Assembly (NCBI GenBank): GCA_963809485.1
Contig: CAWEJX010000015.1
Coordinates: forward strand, 64,001 to 128,000
Direction of reading: 5' to 3'
Length of the DNA stretch: 64,000 nucleotides
DNA from: an uncultured Acidobacteriota bacterium
GTDB taxonomy: Bacteria; Acidobacteriota; UBA6911
The notes under the pieces are model-generated. The model saw only the letters and a program-made list of their open reading frames with translations, was not told the DNA's origin and made no database searches. The first letter of the stretch is position 1; each line of letters opens with the position of its first letter. The translations under genes were made by a program, and so were the position numbers. This document shows, in pieces, positions 43,911 through 54,534 of this stretch.

Positions 43911-45398
43911 TCAAGCGCCGCTGAATTCGCGGTCGCGGACCGTGGTTGTGTCGTGCAGGGTGATCTCGAACTCAGGCAGCAGTATGGACTGAAGAGTGTG
44001 GACCGCCTGGAACAGCGTGGAACGCACGCCGGCGTCTTTCTCCATGCAAAGATGCTCCTTGAGCGCGCGCAAGGCGTCCTCGGAGGCCACGGTGGCCAAA
44101 GCGTGCACGGCGGCCCGGCGCAGGGAGGGCATCTCGTTGTTCAGGTAGCGGCGCAAATACCGTATGCTTCGCTGCTTCCCGGTTCGCGCCAGGGGAAGCA
44201 ACGCATGCGCGGCGGATTCGGGATGCTCCATCAGATATTCCCGGATCGCGTGAAAAGCCTCATCGGAGCCGATCTTCCCCAAGGCTTCCAGCGCATGCTC
44301 GGTGAGAAAAGGATCTCTCAGGTCGTTCAGGATCAGGCAGGTGGCTGCCTGTATTTTCAGCTCTCCAAGAACCCGTATGAGCCCCCAGCGCACGTGGTCT
44401 TCTTCTTCCGAATAAAGCTTCAGGATTGCCTTTGCTTCGGAGGGATCGATTTTGTCGACCATATCCCTCACGGCGGCAAGCCGTTCCCTGGCGGTGCCGG
44501 TTCTTAAAACAGCAAACCAGGCCTCGATGCGGTCTGTTTTGGCGGGCAGCCGGACCGGATCATCCGATGCGCGCAGCGCCCGGATGTAGGCAACTGAAAC
44601 CTTATCCGGATCCCATCCGATTTCCTCCCCGCACTTCACCATTTCCGTCAAAAGGAAACCGGCGTGAGGGAATCTATGTTCCGGCTCGAAGGCCAGGCAT
44701 TTTTCCAAAATTTTCTGCAGAAATTCGGGAAAACCGTTTTGAACGTCGCGCGGCCAGGGGAAGGTGCCCAGAGGGGGGAATCCCATCAGCATCTCATAAA
44801 AAATCGCGCCCAGGGAGAAGACATCGGACCGCTGACTGGGTTTCTGGGTTGCGAAACGCTGCTCGGGCGACTGGTAGCCGATTGCGCCCAGGATCCCTCC
44901 CGGCGGTCCGGCACTGGCCCTGTCGATGTCCAGCACCCGCGCTATGTCGAAATCGGAGATCACCGGCGAGCCGTCCGGCCGGAGCAGGATGTTGGATGGC
45001 TTCAGCTCCAGGTGAAGGACGCCTTTGCTGTGAGCGTGCGCCATGGCCTCGCAGATGCCGGTGAACAGCCCGGCGGCCTTTTCCAGAGGCAGGATGCCGC
45101 GAGCCAGCAGGCGGTTAAGGTTGCCGCCTGCAAGGTACTCCATCGCGTAGTAGCAGCAGTCTTCAAAAACGCCTATGTCCAGGATTTTGATGATGCCCGG
45201 GTGCGCAAGCCGCTTGATGACCTCCAGTTCGCGCAAAAAACTGGCAAGCGCCGAGGGCTTGACAGTGGTCCGTTTGCCGAAAATTTTGCAGACGCGCTTT
45301 TCCCGCGTGCGCGGGTTGGCGGCGAGGTAGGAGTCGGAAACCCTGCCGGAGCCGATGTGCCGGACAATAAAAAAATCGCCGATTTTTTTCCTCAGCAT
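43911..45398 (-). CDS. Hanks-type kinase-like (probable pseudokinase) domain plus HEAT repeats
   Basis: Kinase fold with HLELKPSN and DFD; C-terminal VRWGLIRVLGEL, ALEALGKIG and LRRAAVHALA. Confidence 0.85.
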   Translation of the reverse strand: MLRKKIGDFFIVRHIGSGRVSDSYLAANPRTREKRVCKIFGKRTTVKPSALASFLRELEVIKRLAHPGIIKILDIGVFEDCCYYAMEYLAGGNLNRLLARGILPLEKAAGLFTGICEAMAHAHSKGVLHLELKPSNILLRPDGSPVISDFDIARVLDIDRASAGPPGGILGAIGYQSPEQRFATQKPSQRSDVFSLGAIFYEMLMGFPPLGTFPWPRDVQNGFPEFLQKILEKCLAFEPEHRFPHAGFLLTEMVKCGEEIGWDPDKVSVAYIRALRASDDPVRLPAKTDRIEAWFAVLRTGTARERLAAVRDMVDKIDPSEAKAILKLYSEEEDHVRWGLIRVLGELKIQAATCLILNDLRDPFLTEHALEALGKIGSDEAFHAIREYLMEHPESAAHALLPLARTGKQRSIRYLRRYLNNEMPSLRRAAVHALATVASEDALRALKEHLCMEKDAGVRSTLFQAVHTLQSILLPEFEITLHDTTTVRDREFSGA

Positions 45399-45458
45399 CG
45401 CCGCTTCTCCAACGATTCAGTTATCGGCGGCGCCGGGAATGCGCAATACAAAAAAACG

Positions 45459-45519
45459 CTGCTGAGAAAATGGTATTTATTTATATTATTTCAGCGTGCG
45501 TCAGCGCTAAAATTTATGG
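45459..45519 (+). repeat. Shorter copy of the 90-bp element
   Basis: CTGCTGAGAAAATGGTATTTAT...TTTCAGCGTGCGTCAGCGCTAAAATTTATGG. Confidence 0.85.
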
Positions 45520-45558
45520 ACGAGCCTCCGGAGCCGTCCTTCACCAAAACCCGGAGGG

Positions 45559-46107
45559 TTATTTCAGTTCCTGCCTGGCTTGTCGGAGGATTTTATCCTG
45601 CCCGATCATGCTGCCCTGGTTATAGATCCTATAAGTGGTGTCGAGCAGTTCCTTGGCTTTTTTCTGGAGCGGATTCCCGATCAGGTAGGCCTTGGCGAAG
45701 CAGTTCACCGCCTTCTCCAGGTTTTTTTCCTTCCTGAAAACCACTCCCTGGAAAAAGTAGGCCTCCCCGAACTTCGGCCGGACTTTCAGCGCGCGTTCGC
45801 AAAGGCCTTTCAGCGCGATGGAGTTGTCCTGTTTCATCAGCGTCTCGAGGTCCTTGGCGAAAAGGTTGTCGCAATAGGCCCGCAGCTTGAGATCGAGGTC
45901 GGGCCTCTCACCGTAAAACTTAATCAGCTGGTCCGCCCGTTTGACCGGTTGGGTTATCGCCGCGATTTTTTGAATGCGGTCGTAATCTTCCTTGTATTTG
46001 ATCTGGGCAAGCGTTTCGTCCTGAGCCCGGACGGCGGCGGGCAAAACCAGAGAAAGAATCAGAACGGGAAGGAAGAACCCTGCGAAAAAAATTTTATATT
46101 CGCGCAT
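45559..46107 (-). CDS. Exported TPR-containing protein
   Basis: Signal peptide ending VRA-Q; TPR ERALKVRPKFGEAYFFQG. Confidence 0.75.
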   Translation of the reverse strand: MREYKIFFAGFFLPVLILSLVLPAAVRAQDETLAQIKYKEDYDRIQKIAAITQPVKRADQLIKFYGERPDLDLKLRAYCDNLFAKDLETLMKQDNSIALKGLCERALKVRPKFGEAYFFQGVVFRKEKNLEKAVNCFAKAYLIGNPLQKKAKELLDTTYRIYNQGSMIGQDKILRQARQELK

Positions 46108-46169
46108 TGTGCCATTCTCCTAAATGCCTATTTACAAATGTGGACCGGGATGCTAAAACCTTCTTGCTC

Positions 46170-46245
46170 GGGCGCCTAGCTCAGCTGGTAGAGCACTGCG
46201 ATCACACCGCAGGGGTCACAGGTTCGAGTCCTGTGGCGCCCACCA
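46170..46245 (+). tRNA. tRNA-Val(CAC)
   Basis: 76 nt; acceptor GGGCGCC/GGCGCCC; anticodon arm CTGCG-ATCACAC-CGCAG; encoded CCA; TTTACA-N17-TAAAAC upstream. Confidence 0.96.
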
Positions 46246-46459
46246 ATTTCCTTTTCTGCCATCTATTTTCCAATTCAGCTTCATACCCGATATATAATTC
46301 ATACGAAAATGCATGAGCCCCGGGGCAATGCGCGTAGTCTGCCACGACCGTCGATTCGTTTGCAAGTCCCGCACGCCTTTGGATGGCTTCGGCATTTTCG
46401 CAGGCAGAACGGGGAAGTATTAGTTTGAGTGAGGACGGGTCTCCACAGATCCATTAATC

Positions 46460-46761
46460 TATTTTCTGTCGCGAAACTCGGGTTTTGCGAGGAAACCGGA
46501 TTTTTGGGCAATCGATAGGATATTTGATATTACATGGAAGCCGGAAATTGGAGCCGGGCCGCGTAGCGGCCAGTTGAATTTAGCCAGGCCTTTTAAGGCC
46601 TGGATCTAAAAAGATTAGGGTTTCCGTCGCGTAGCGACGGCTGAATCTCAGGCGTCGCTACGCGACGCGCTGTTCGCAATACCATGGTTCCCGGCCTTGA
46701 AAGGCCGGGCTAAAATCATAGTGCCGCTACGCGGCACAAACCGGTTTCGCGACAGACACTA
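46460..46761. mobile_element. 302-bp MITE-like element, copy 2
   Basis: Ends TATTTTCTGTCGCGAAAC and GTTTCGCGACAGACACTA; colinear with 6713-7014. Confidence 0.85.
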
Positions 46762-46766
46762 ATTTG

Positions 46767-46794
46767 GTGAAGACGGGGCTCCAGCCCCGTCCGA
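46767..46794 (+). repeat. REP-like hairpin
   Basis: GTGAA-GACGGGGCT-CC-AGCCCCGTC-CGA, perfect stem; partial copy at 46429. Confidence 0.7.
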
Positions 46795-46876
46795 CGTAGC
46801 GTAGATGATTAAATAAAAATCCAGGTCGCAAGTTATCTTTTTAACCTATGACTGGTAACCTTCAACCTGAATCGCT

Positions 46877-49864
46877 ATGACTGCCGAGATGATGGCCCAT
46901 TATGAAGTGCTGGAAAAGCTTGGTGCCGGAGGCATGGGCGTCGTGCACCGGGCCCGCGACACCAAGCTCGGACGCGAAGTCGCGCTGAAGCTGCTGCCCG
47001 AAAACCTCGCCGCCGATCCCGTTTACCTGCAGAGGTTCCAGCGCGAAGCCCGCGCAGCCTCGGCCTTGAACCATCCGAACATCTGCACCATTTACGAAAT
47101 AGGAGAGCACGAGGGCCGGCACTACATCGCCATGGAAATGCTCGAAGGGCAAACCCTGCGCGGCATGATCCAGGGCAAGCCCCTGCCGGTCGATCAGATC
47201 CTGCGCATCGCCCTGCAGATCGCCGACGCCCTGGAGGCGGCGCACGCCAAAGGGATCGTGCACCGGGACATCAAGCCCGCCAATATTTTCGTCACGCAGC
47301 GCGGGCATGTCAAAGTGCTCGATTTCGGCCTCGCGAAGCTGGCCGCGTCGAGCCGCGCTCCGGCTCCCGGTGAACCGGGCTCCGCGGAACCGCGCGAAAT
47401 CCCGGCGGAGTATGTCAGCACTCCTCACGCCGCGATCGGCACGCTCCCCTATATGTCACCCGAGCAGGCGCTGGGCGAGGAAATCGACGCCCGCTCCGAT
47501 CTTTTCTCTCTCGGATCGGTGCTCTACGAGCTGTCGACGGGCTTTCCCCCTTTCACGGGCAACACCCAGCCGCTACTGTTCCAGGAGATTCTGACGCGCA
47601 CACCCATACCGCCCGGGCGGCTGAACCGCGAATTGCCGTCCAAACTGGACGACATCATCGGCAAGCTGCTCGAAAAGGACCGGGACCTCCGCCAACAGAC
47701 CGCGGCGGATCTTTGTGCCGATCTGAAGCGGCTGAAACGCGATCTGGACCTCCAGCGCGGCCTGGCCTCCGGGCCGGGAATATCCGCAATCCAGGGAACA
47801 GGTCCGGCGCCTGCTGCCGCAGCCTATGCTGCGCCGACGGCGCTTGACGTAAAAACGCGCGGCGGTAAGATCGCGGCTATCTTCCGGACCCTGCGCAGGC
47901 CGCGTTTCGCATTGCCGGCAGCCGGACTGGTCCTGCTCCTGGCGGCGCTCGCCGTTTTCTGGAGCATTCGGAGTTCGACCTACTACCCATGCATCGAAAT
48001 CGGCGAATTCTCAGGCGGATCCGAGTCGCTGGATGCCGAGATGGTGGGGCTCGCGCTCAAGAGAACGCTCTCCCAATTCCCCGACATCACCGTAGTGGAT
48101 CGCCAGGAGTTCAGCAACCTGCTGACCGTGGAAAAAACCCGCAGGGAGGCGGAGCGGTCCAAGGAACAAAATCCCGGTCTGCTCCGGCGTCTGACACTCT
48201 GGCGGCCGGATGTCCGTGAGCCTTCGGTCACGGTCAGCGGGCGAGTCAGCGACTCGCTTGGCCAGTCGGAAATCAGGCTGGAATGCACTGTCCGGGGGAA
48301 AAAAGATACCTATGTCAGCCGATTCCGCGGAGTGGACCAGTTGCTGAACACGGGCATCGATGCGCTGGCTTTGTATACGCTGAAACAATACGACGCGCGG
48401 CTGGCCGGCCGCCACCTTGACGGCCGGCAGGCGGACCACCGCACGGCGGTTCAGTTGCTTTCCCCGCGCTGGGACGCGCTGCGGCATTATTACCGCGGGG
48501 CGCGGGCTTGGGAACGTCTCGACATGAACGCGTCGGAGCGCGAGCTTCGGTCAGCGCTCGAGATCGACCCGAATTTCGCCCTTGCTCATCTCATGCTGGG
48601 GGAGGTGCGCGTCTTTCAGAACCAGTGGGATGCCGCCCAGTCGGAGATACTCTCCGCGCGCAAGCAGGCGGCGGCCCTCACCGAAGCCGACCAGCTGCGG
48701 GTCGAGGCCTTCCTGGCGCGCGTCTTCGGCAAGCCCTTCGAGGAAAGGGTCTATCTTCAAAAATTGATCGGACTGAAGCCTTACAAGCGGGAATACCTTT
48801 ATGAATTGGCCGAGTCCTATTTCCACACCGCCGATGCCGAGGAAGCTATCAGCAAATACCAGGACGCTCTGAGCCTCGACAACCGTTACGCCCTGGCCTA
48901 CAACCACATGGCCTATTGCTACGCGTGGATGGGCGAGCATGCGCGCGCGCTCGAAGCCTGCCGCCGCTATCTCGAGCTCGACCCTTCGGCCAATGCCTAC
49001 GACAGCCTGGGAGACGCTTACATGCAGGCGGGCGACTACGCCCGGGCCGCGGAGATGAAGACCAAAGCCATCCAGATGGATCCGCAGCTGTACTACGCCA
49101 GCCGCAACCTGGCCTTCATAGAAATGCTGTGCGGCCGCAATCGGGCCGCAGGCGAGAGGCTGAGACAGCTCCGGGCTTCCATCGACGACAGGTCGCAGGA
49201 GGCGCAGTATTACGCGGCGCTGGCGTTTTTGAATTATCGCAAAGGGGATCTGGAAACCGCGCTGAGCATGTGCGCGCAGGGCATGAAGCTCGTGGGCACG
49301 GTCCAGTATGACGCCCCGCACGACGAGCTGTTGTGGATCATCGGCCTGATCGAGCTGCAGCGCAATAACCTGCCCGCCGCCAGGCGCGCCCTCGCCCAGC
49401 TTGGCAACATCATCGCCTCCAATTCGATCACCGCCATGAACTACAAGCCTGCGTACAAGCATTGGCTGCATCTTCGCGCCCTGGTGCTGGCCCGTGAGGG
49501 CAAGATTCAGGAGGCCTCGGCGGCGATCAACGATCTCAAGTGGATCAAAGTCAAACTCGGGTACTGGAGCACCCCGTACGACCGGGCGTTTTTTTATGAT
49601 GCCATGGGGCAGATTTACGAAACCATGCAGCGCCTGCCAGAGGCGGAACAGGCCTATCAGGATGCCCTGTCGTACAACCCGAATTTTTCATTCGCGCGTT
49701 TTCACCTCGCCCGCCTGCTTTACAAAAAAGGCTCGGCGGCCGATGCGCGCAATGAGCTTGAAACATTTTTTAAAGGATGGCAGGAAGCCGATCCCGACGC
49801 GGCCGAACTGTTGGAAGCCCGCCGCCTGCAGCTGCAATTGGGTGCGACGCATGAAAAAAAGTGA
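46877..49864 (+). CDS. Membrane Ser/Thr protein kinase with extracytoplasmic TPR repeats
   Basis: [26 protein letters not shown] and [10 protein letters not shown] all intact; TM helix; many TPRs. Confidence 0.95.
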   Translation: MTAEMMAHYEVLEKLGAGGMGVVHRARDTKLGREVALKLLPENLAADPVYLQRFQREARAASALNHPNICTIYEIGEHEGRHYIAMEMLEGQTLRGMIQGKPLPVDQILRIALQIADALEAAHAKGIVHRDIKPANIFVTQRGHVKVLDFGLAKLAASSRAPAPGEPGSAEPREIPAEYVSTPHAAIGTLPYMSPEQALGEEIDARSDLFSLGSVLYELSTGFPPFTGNTQPLLFQEILTRTPIPPGRLNRELPSKLDDIIGKLLEKDRDLRQQTAADLCADLKRLKRDLDLQRGLASGPGISAIQGTGPAPAAAAYAAPTALDVKTRGGKIAAIFRTLRRPRFALPAAGLVLLLAALAVFWSIRSSTYYPCIEIGEFSGGSESLDAEMVGLALKRTLSQFPDITVVDRQEFSNLLTVEKTRREAERSKEQNPGLLRRLTLWRPDVREPSVTVSGRVSDSLGQSEIRLECTVRGKKDTYVSRFRGVDQLLNTGIDALALYTLKQYDARLAGRHLDGRQADHRTAVQLLSPRWDALRHYYRGARAWERLDMNASERELRSALEIDPNFALAHLMLGEVRVFQNQWDAAQSEILSARKQAAALTEADQLRVEAFLARVFGKPFEERVYLQKLIGLKPYKREYLYELAESYFHTADAEEAISKYQDALSLDNRYALAYNHMAYCYAWMGEHARALEACRRYLELDPSANAYDSLGDAYMQAGDYARAAEMKTKAIQMDPQLYYASRNLAFIEMLCGRNRAAGERLRQLRASIDDRSQEAQYYAALAFLNYRKGDLETALSMCAQGMKLVGTVQYDAPHDELLWIIGLIELQRNNLPAARRALAQLGNIIASNSITAMNYKPAYKHWLHLRALVLAREGKIQEASAAINDLKWIKVKLGYWSTPYDRAFFYDAMGQIYETMQRLPEAEQAYQDALSYNPNFSFARFHLARLLYKKGSAADARNELETFFKGWQEADPDAAELLEARRLQLQLGATHEKK

Positions 49865-50528
49865 AACAGGGATGCGCAGGATCCGAGGAGTGCTTTTCGA
49901 TCTGGACGGCGTCATCGTCGACACGCTGCATTACCACTACCTGGCGTGGAAGCATATGTTCGAAAAATTCGGCGGCAGCATCAGCGAGCAAACGGTGCTC
50001 CTGCACGAGGGAAGAAGCTCGCGTGAAATCCTTCCAATACTCATGCAGGAGTCCGGTATAAATATCCCCGAGCACCAGCGCGATGCATTTATCGAGGAAA
50101 AGCGCGCCTATTACCGGAGCATCGTTCAGGTCGAGCAGTACGCGCACGCTTTCGAAGTCATTGACGAGCTGAAGGGACGCGGATTCAAAGTCGCGCTTGT
50201 GACCGCCTGCGCCTTGAAGAACATGCAGCACTCGCTCGACAGCGAGAGGCAGGCGCACTTTGATTTCATCATCACGGGAGACGAGGTTGCTCGCGCCAAG
50301 CCGTTTCCCGATCCCTATCTTGCCGCAGCCGGGCAGCTCGGGCTCGAGCCGTCGGAATGCCTGGTAGTGGAAAACGCACCGCTGGGAATCGAGGCAGCCA
50401 GGAATGCCGGGATGTTGTGCGTAGCTATCGAAACAACCCTGGGGAAGGAATATCTGGCAGCCGCCGACTGCATCCTGCAGAAAATCGCCGACCTCCCTTC
50501 CCTCCCCCTCCTCACCCCCCCCGCATAA
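49851..50528 (+). CDS. HAD-family phosphatase (beta-PGM/YqaB-like)
   Basis: [28 protein letters not shown]. Confidence 0.92.
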   Translation: MKKSETGMRRIRGVLFDLDGVIVDTLHYHYLAWKHMFEKFGGSISEQTVLLHEGRSSREILPILMQESGINIPEHQRDAFIEEKRAYYRSIVQVEQYAHAFEVIDELKGRGFKVALVTACALKNMQHSLDSERQAHFDFIITGDEVARAKPFPDPYLAAAGQLGLEPSECLVVENAPLGIEAARNAGMLCVAIETTLGKEYLAAADCILQKIADLPSLPLLTPPA

Positions 50529-50611
50529 CATTAACTGCTGAGTAAATAGTATTTATAATTTTTCAGCGTGGGTCAGCGTTTATCGGCGTGCGTCAGCGTT
50601 AAAATCTATGG
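50527..50611 (+). repeat. Copy of the 90-bp element, overlapping the HAD stop codon
   Basis: AACATTAACTGCTGAGTAAATAGTATTTATAATTTTTCAGCG...TTAAAATCTATGG. Confidence 0.88.
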
Positions 50612-50635
50612 GCGAGCCTCACCAAAATATTTACT

Positions 50636-51862
50636 TTATTTAATCCGCTTGAGGTTGCGGCGGCTGTTCATCAAGCCTTCCGGCGGGTCCGGCGTGCGAT
50701 TTGCAGGGCTGAATGGATCATGCAATACATTGGCGGGCTGAGTTCTCAGCACCAGGTCATAGGCCGAGTCGGCGACGATTCGATCGTCGATCACCTGAAG
50801 GTCCGCCCGCGCCGCCAGAGACAGCGAATGCCGGCAGAGCATGTTGATGTTCAGCGGGATGCCGCGCGAATACAGCGCAATCGACGCCAGCGCCTCGGAG
50901 CTGAACATTTGCCGCGTGCAGCCCGCAATCCGCAGCCGGTGCAGGACGTAATTGCGCACCTCGGCCTCATCCAGGGGTGCGAGCCGGCAGCTGATGTTGA
51001 TCCCGGTGCTGACCGGAGCCAGACGGCCGCCGCTGAGCTTTTCCATCAATCCCTGTCTTCCCGCCAGCACGATCTGGACGAGCTTGTGCCGGGATTCTTC
51101 GAGCTGGGAGAAGAGGCAGAGGTTTTCCAGGGTATCCAGGTTCAGCTCCTGGGCTTCATCACAGATCAGGGTGACCCTGCGTCCCGCCTGGTCTTTCGCG
51201 AGCAGCCGGCTTTTCAGATTCTGCAGGTTTTCCCAGACGTCGGTCCCCGCGCATTCCATGCCCAGAAGGCCCATGACGGCGCGGATGAACTCCGCCCGGC
51301 TGTCGAAGGAGCCCGGCACAACCACGATTTCCGATTCGGCCCGGAGGCTTTCGGCCAGGTAGTTGAGCAGGACTGTTTTTCCCATTCCCGCCTGCGCGAA
51401 TAGCACTCCGATGCCCCGGGCTTCGCGCACCATAGCGCACAGGGCGGAAAACACCTCGTGGTGCACGCGGCTTTGGTAGTAGTACCTGGGATCGGGCGAG
51501 AAGCTGAACGGATCTTCGTACATCCCGCCGAACTTGCGGTATTTCCTGGTGCGGCCCGGAGGCCCGGGCAGCCCTCTTTCCAGTAGCAGCGCGATCCTGG
51601 CTTCCTCCCCGCCCCAGCGGTTCTCCAGCAGGAAGGCCCGGCATTGATAGCGCCTGCGGCCCGACTGGAATTCCGTGACGAACACGACCGGGGTGCAGGC
51701 GACGTGGCGCGGCAGGAAAGACAGGATCTTCTGCGTCAATATCCCGTCCAGGGCTTCGGGCCGGGAGACATTATTCGGATACCCGAGAATCCTGATGGAT
51801 TCCGGGTCCGCATAAACAGGCCGGAAAGAGGCGTCGATCAAGAGAAACCCGGACGAACCCAA
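50636..51862 (-). CDS. ExeA/GspA-like AAA ATPase with an N-terminal PAS-like domain
   Basis: DPFSFSPDPRY, Walker A AQAGMGKT, Walker B ICDEAQ, SRGIPLNIN.LC; TTG start after GGAGG. Confidence 0.85.
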   Translation of the reverse strand: MGSSGFLLIDASFRPVYADPESIRILGYPNNVSRPEALDGILTQKILSFLPRHVACTPVVFVTEFQSGRRRYQCRAFLLENRWGGEEARIALLLERGLPGPPGRTRKYRKFGGMYEDPFSFSPDPRYYYQSRVHHEVFSALCAMVREARGIGVLFAQAGMGKTVLLNYLAESLRAESEIVVVPGSFDSRAEFIRAVMGLLGMECAGTDVWENLQNLKSRLLAKDQAGRRVTLICDEAQELNLDTLENLCLFSQLEESRHKLVQIVLAGRQGLMEKLSGGRLAPVSTGINISCRLAPLDEAEVRNYVLHRLRIAGCTRQMFSSEALASIALYSRGIPLNINMLCRHSLSLAARADLQVIDDRIVADSAYDLVLRTQPANVLHDPFSPANRTPDPPEGLMNSRRNLKRIK

Positions 51863-51957
51863 GGAACTCCTCCGCTCAGATACACTTTCAACTGGATATG
51901 GATGAGGGAAGTTTAATTATCGCCTTTTTTGATGATTGGGTCAACCAAATTCCTATT

Positions 51958-52082
51958 ACGTTGGAACGTTTGCACGTTTGCACGTTTGAATGTTTGAACG
52001 TTTAAACGTTTTAACGTTCTAACGTGCCAACGTTTTAACGTGCCAACGTTTTAACGTGCCAACGTTCAACGTTCAACGTTTC
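51958..52082. repeat. About 16-unit ACGT-core 8-mer array
   Basis: acgttgga acgtttgc acgtttgc acgtttga ... acgtgcca acgttca acgttca. Confidence 0.9.
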
Positions 52083-52115
52083 TGCTACAATAGGTACAGA
52101 ACGGATGCAAATTCC

Positions 52116-54521
52116 ATGAACGTAAATGCGGCACCCGAGCCCTTCCCACGAAACGTGATTCTTACCGATTATGCCATCGCGCATCGCAGCCGGCTCGCAA
52201 GCATCATTGCGCGGCAGGAGGTCTTTTCCGGAAAAGCCAAGTTCGGCATTTTCGGCGACGGCAAAGAAGTCGCGCAGGTTGCGCTGGCGCATGCTTTCGA
52301 AAAGGGCGATTTCCGGAGCGGGTACTACCGCGACCAGACGCTCATGTTTGCCCTTGGCCTGTTGAGTCTGGAGCAGTTTTTTGCCCAGCACTATCAGCAC
52401 GCCGATCCCGCCGCCGAGCCTTTTTTCGGCGGGCGGTCCATGACCGGGCATTTTGCCACGCGCCTGCTCAATCCCGACGGCAGTTGGAGAAATCAGCGCG
52501 CTTCCGTCAACTCATCCGCGGACCTTTCCCCGACCGGCGCCCAGATGCCCCGCCTCGTCGGCCTGGCGCTGGCTTCGAGGCTCTACCGGCAGATTGATGG
52601 AAAAAAGTCGCAGACAGGCCTTTTCAGCGATACCGGCGACGAAATAGCCTTCGGCACCATCGGCAACGCGTCGTGTGCCGAGGGAATTTTCTGGGAAGCC
52701 GTGAATGCCGTGGCGGTGCTCCAGGCGCCGATGCTCCTGTCCATATGGGACGACGGCTACGGCATTTCCGTCCCCAACGAGCTGCAATTCGCCAAAGCAG
52801 ATCTGAGCAAGATCCTCGCTGGATTCCGGCGCCAGGAGGGCGAGGTCTCCGGGATCGATGTATACACGGCGCGCGGCTGGGATTATGTGCAGTTGTGCCA
52901 GACCTATCGGGATGCGTCCGCCCTGGTCCGGCGCACTCATACACCGGCGATTGTGCACGTCATCGAGCTGACCCAGCCCCAGGGGCATTCGACATCGGGC
53001 AGTCACGAGCGGTACAAGTCCGCCGAAAGGCTGAAATGGGAGCGCGAATACGACTGCCTGCGCAAAATACGCGAGTGGATCCTCGGTGAAGCGATCGTGA
53101 CGCCCGAGGAATTGAACGAGCTTGAAGCGATCGAAAAGCAATACGTGCTGGATGCCCGCGAGCGTGCGTGGGAATCGTTCCGCGCGCCCATTGAGAAGGA
53201 GCGCGGGGACCTGCTGAAGTTTCTCGGTCTGGCGGCCAAAGATCATCCAACCTGCCCCGCTCTCGGCAGCATCTGTCTGTCGCTCGAGCAGATCAAATAT
53301 CCTTTCCGGCGGGACCTGATGGCGGCTGCCGGCGAAGCCCTGGCGGCCTTGCGCGCTGAGGCCTCCGCCTCGAAGCAGAAACTGGTCGACTGGAAAATCA
53401 GCCAGGACGCCGCCAGTTTCGACCGCTACAATTCAGGCCTTTACAGCGAGTCCGATCAGTCCGCCTGCAAGGTAGATTGGGTTCCGGCCGTATATTCGCC
53501 CTCTTCGCCCGTCAAACAGGGCTTCGAGATTCTCAACGCCTGCTTCGACGCCGCCTTCGCGCGCTATCCCGAGCTGCTGGCCATGGGAGAAGATGTCGGC
53601 CGCATGGGCGACGTCAACCAGGGGATGGCGGGGCTGCAGGCCAAATACGGCCCCTGGCGCATCATGGACACGGGGATACGCGAGGCCACCATCGTGGGAC
53701 AGGCGATCGGCCTTGCCCTACGCGGTTTCAGGCCGATTGCCGACATCCAGTACCTCGACTATCTGCTCTATGCGCTGCAGACCATGTCGGACGACCTCGC
53801 GTCTCTGAGGTGGCGCACAAAGGGCGGGCAAAAGGCTCCGGTCATTATCCGCACGCGGGGCCACCGGCTGGAAGGGATCTGGCATTCGGGTTCCCCGATG
53901 GCGGGGATAATAAATCTCATACGCGGGATTTACGTGTGCGTTCCCAGGGATGCCACGCAGGCTGCGGGCTTTTATAACACCATGCTTCAGTCGGACGATT
54001 GCGCCCTGATCGTGGAAGTATTGAATGCCTACCGGAAAAAAGCGAAACTGCCGGACAATATCGGTGAGTTCACCATTCCTTTAGGGGTGCCCGAGATCAT
54101 CAGGCCGGGTAAAGAAGTTACGGTGGCGACCTATGGCGCCTGCTGTCCCATAGCGATGGAAGCGGCCGATCAGTTGCATGAGCTGGGCATCGAGGTAGAG
54201 CTGATCGATGTGCGCACGCTTCTTCCTTTCGACCTCGGCGGCATGATTGTGGAATCACTCAGGAAGACCAGCCGTATTCTTTTTCTGGACGAGGATTACC
54301 CGGGAGGAGCGACAGCTTATATGATGCAGAAGGTTCTTGAGGAGCAGGGCGGATATGAATTTCTCGACGGCGCTCCGCGGACGCTGACCGCGAGGGAACA
54401 CAGGCCCGCGGCCGGTTCGGACGGCGATTATTTTTCCAAGCCCAACCGCGAACAGATATTCAGCATCATCTACGATATGATGCGCGCCGCCCACCCCTCC
54501 CGTTTCCCGAAGCTTTTTTGA
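52116..54521 (+). CDS. 2-oxoacid (likely branched-chain) dehydrogenase E1, alpha-beta fusion
   Basis: FRSGYYRD, GNASCAEG..WDDGYGIS, GEDVG..G.V, DTGIRE..I.G, ELIDVRTL.PFD. Confidence 0.9.
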   Translation: MNVNAAPEPFPRNVILTDYAIAHRSRLASIIARQEVFSGKAKFGIFGDGKEVAQVALAHAFEKGDFRSGYYRDQTLMFALGLLSLEQFFAQHYQHADPAAEPFFGGRSMTGHFATRLLNPDGSWRNQRASVNSSADLSPTGAQMPRLVGLALASRLYRQIDGKKSQTGLFSDTGDEIAFGTIGNASCAEGIFWEAVNAVAVLQAPMLLSIWDDGYGISVPNELQFAKADLSKILAGFRRQEGEVSGIDVYTARGWDYVQLCQTYRDASALVRRTHTPAIVHVIELTQPQGHSTSGSHERYKSAERLKWEREYDCLRKIREWILGEAIVTPEELNELEAIEKQYVLDARERAWESFRAPIEKERGDLLKFLGLAAKDHPTCPALGSICLSLEQIKYPFRRDLMAAAGEALAALRAEASASKQKLVDWKISQDAASFDRYNSGLYSESDQSACKVDWVPAVYSPSSPVKQGFEILNACFDAAFARYPELLAMGEDVGRMGDVNQGMAGLQAKYGPWRIMDTGIREATIVGQAIGLALRGFRPIADIQYLDYLLYALQTMSDDLASLRWRTKGGQKAPVIIRTRGHRLEGIWHSGSPMAGIINLIRGIYVCVPRDATQAAGFYNTMLQSDDCALIVEVLNAYRKKAKLPDNIGEFTIPLGVPEIIRPGKEVTVATYGACCPIAMEAADQLHELGIEVELIDVRTLLPFDLGGMIVESLRKTSRILFLDEDYPGGATAYMMQKVLEEQGGYEFLDGAPRTLTAREHRPAAGSDGDYFSKPNREQIFSIIYDMMRAAHPSRFPKLF

Positions 54522-54534
54522 AAACAAACCCAAT

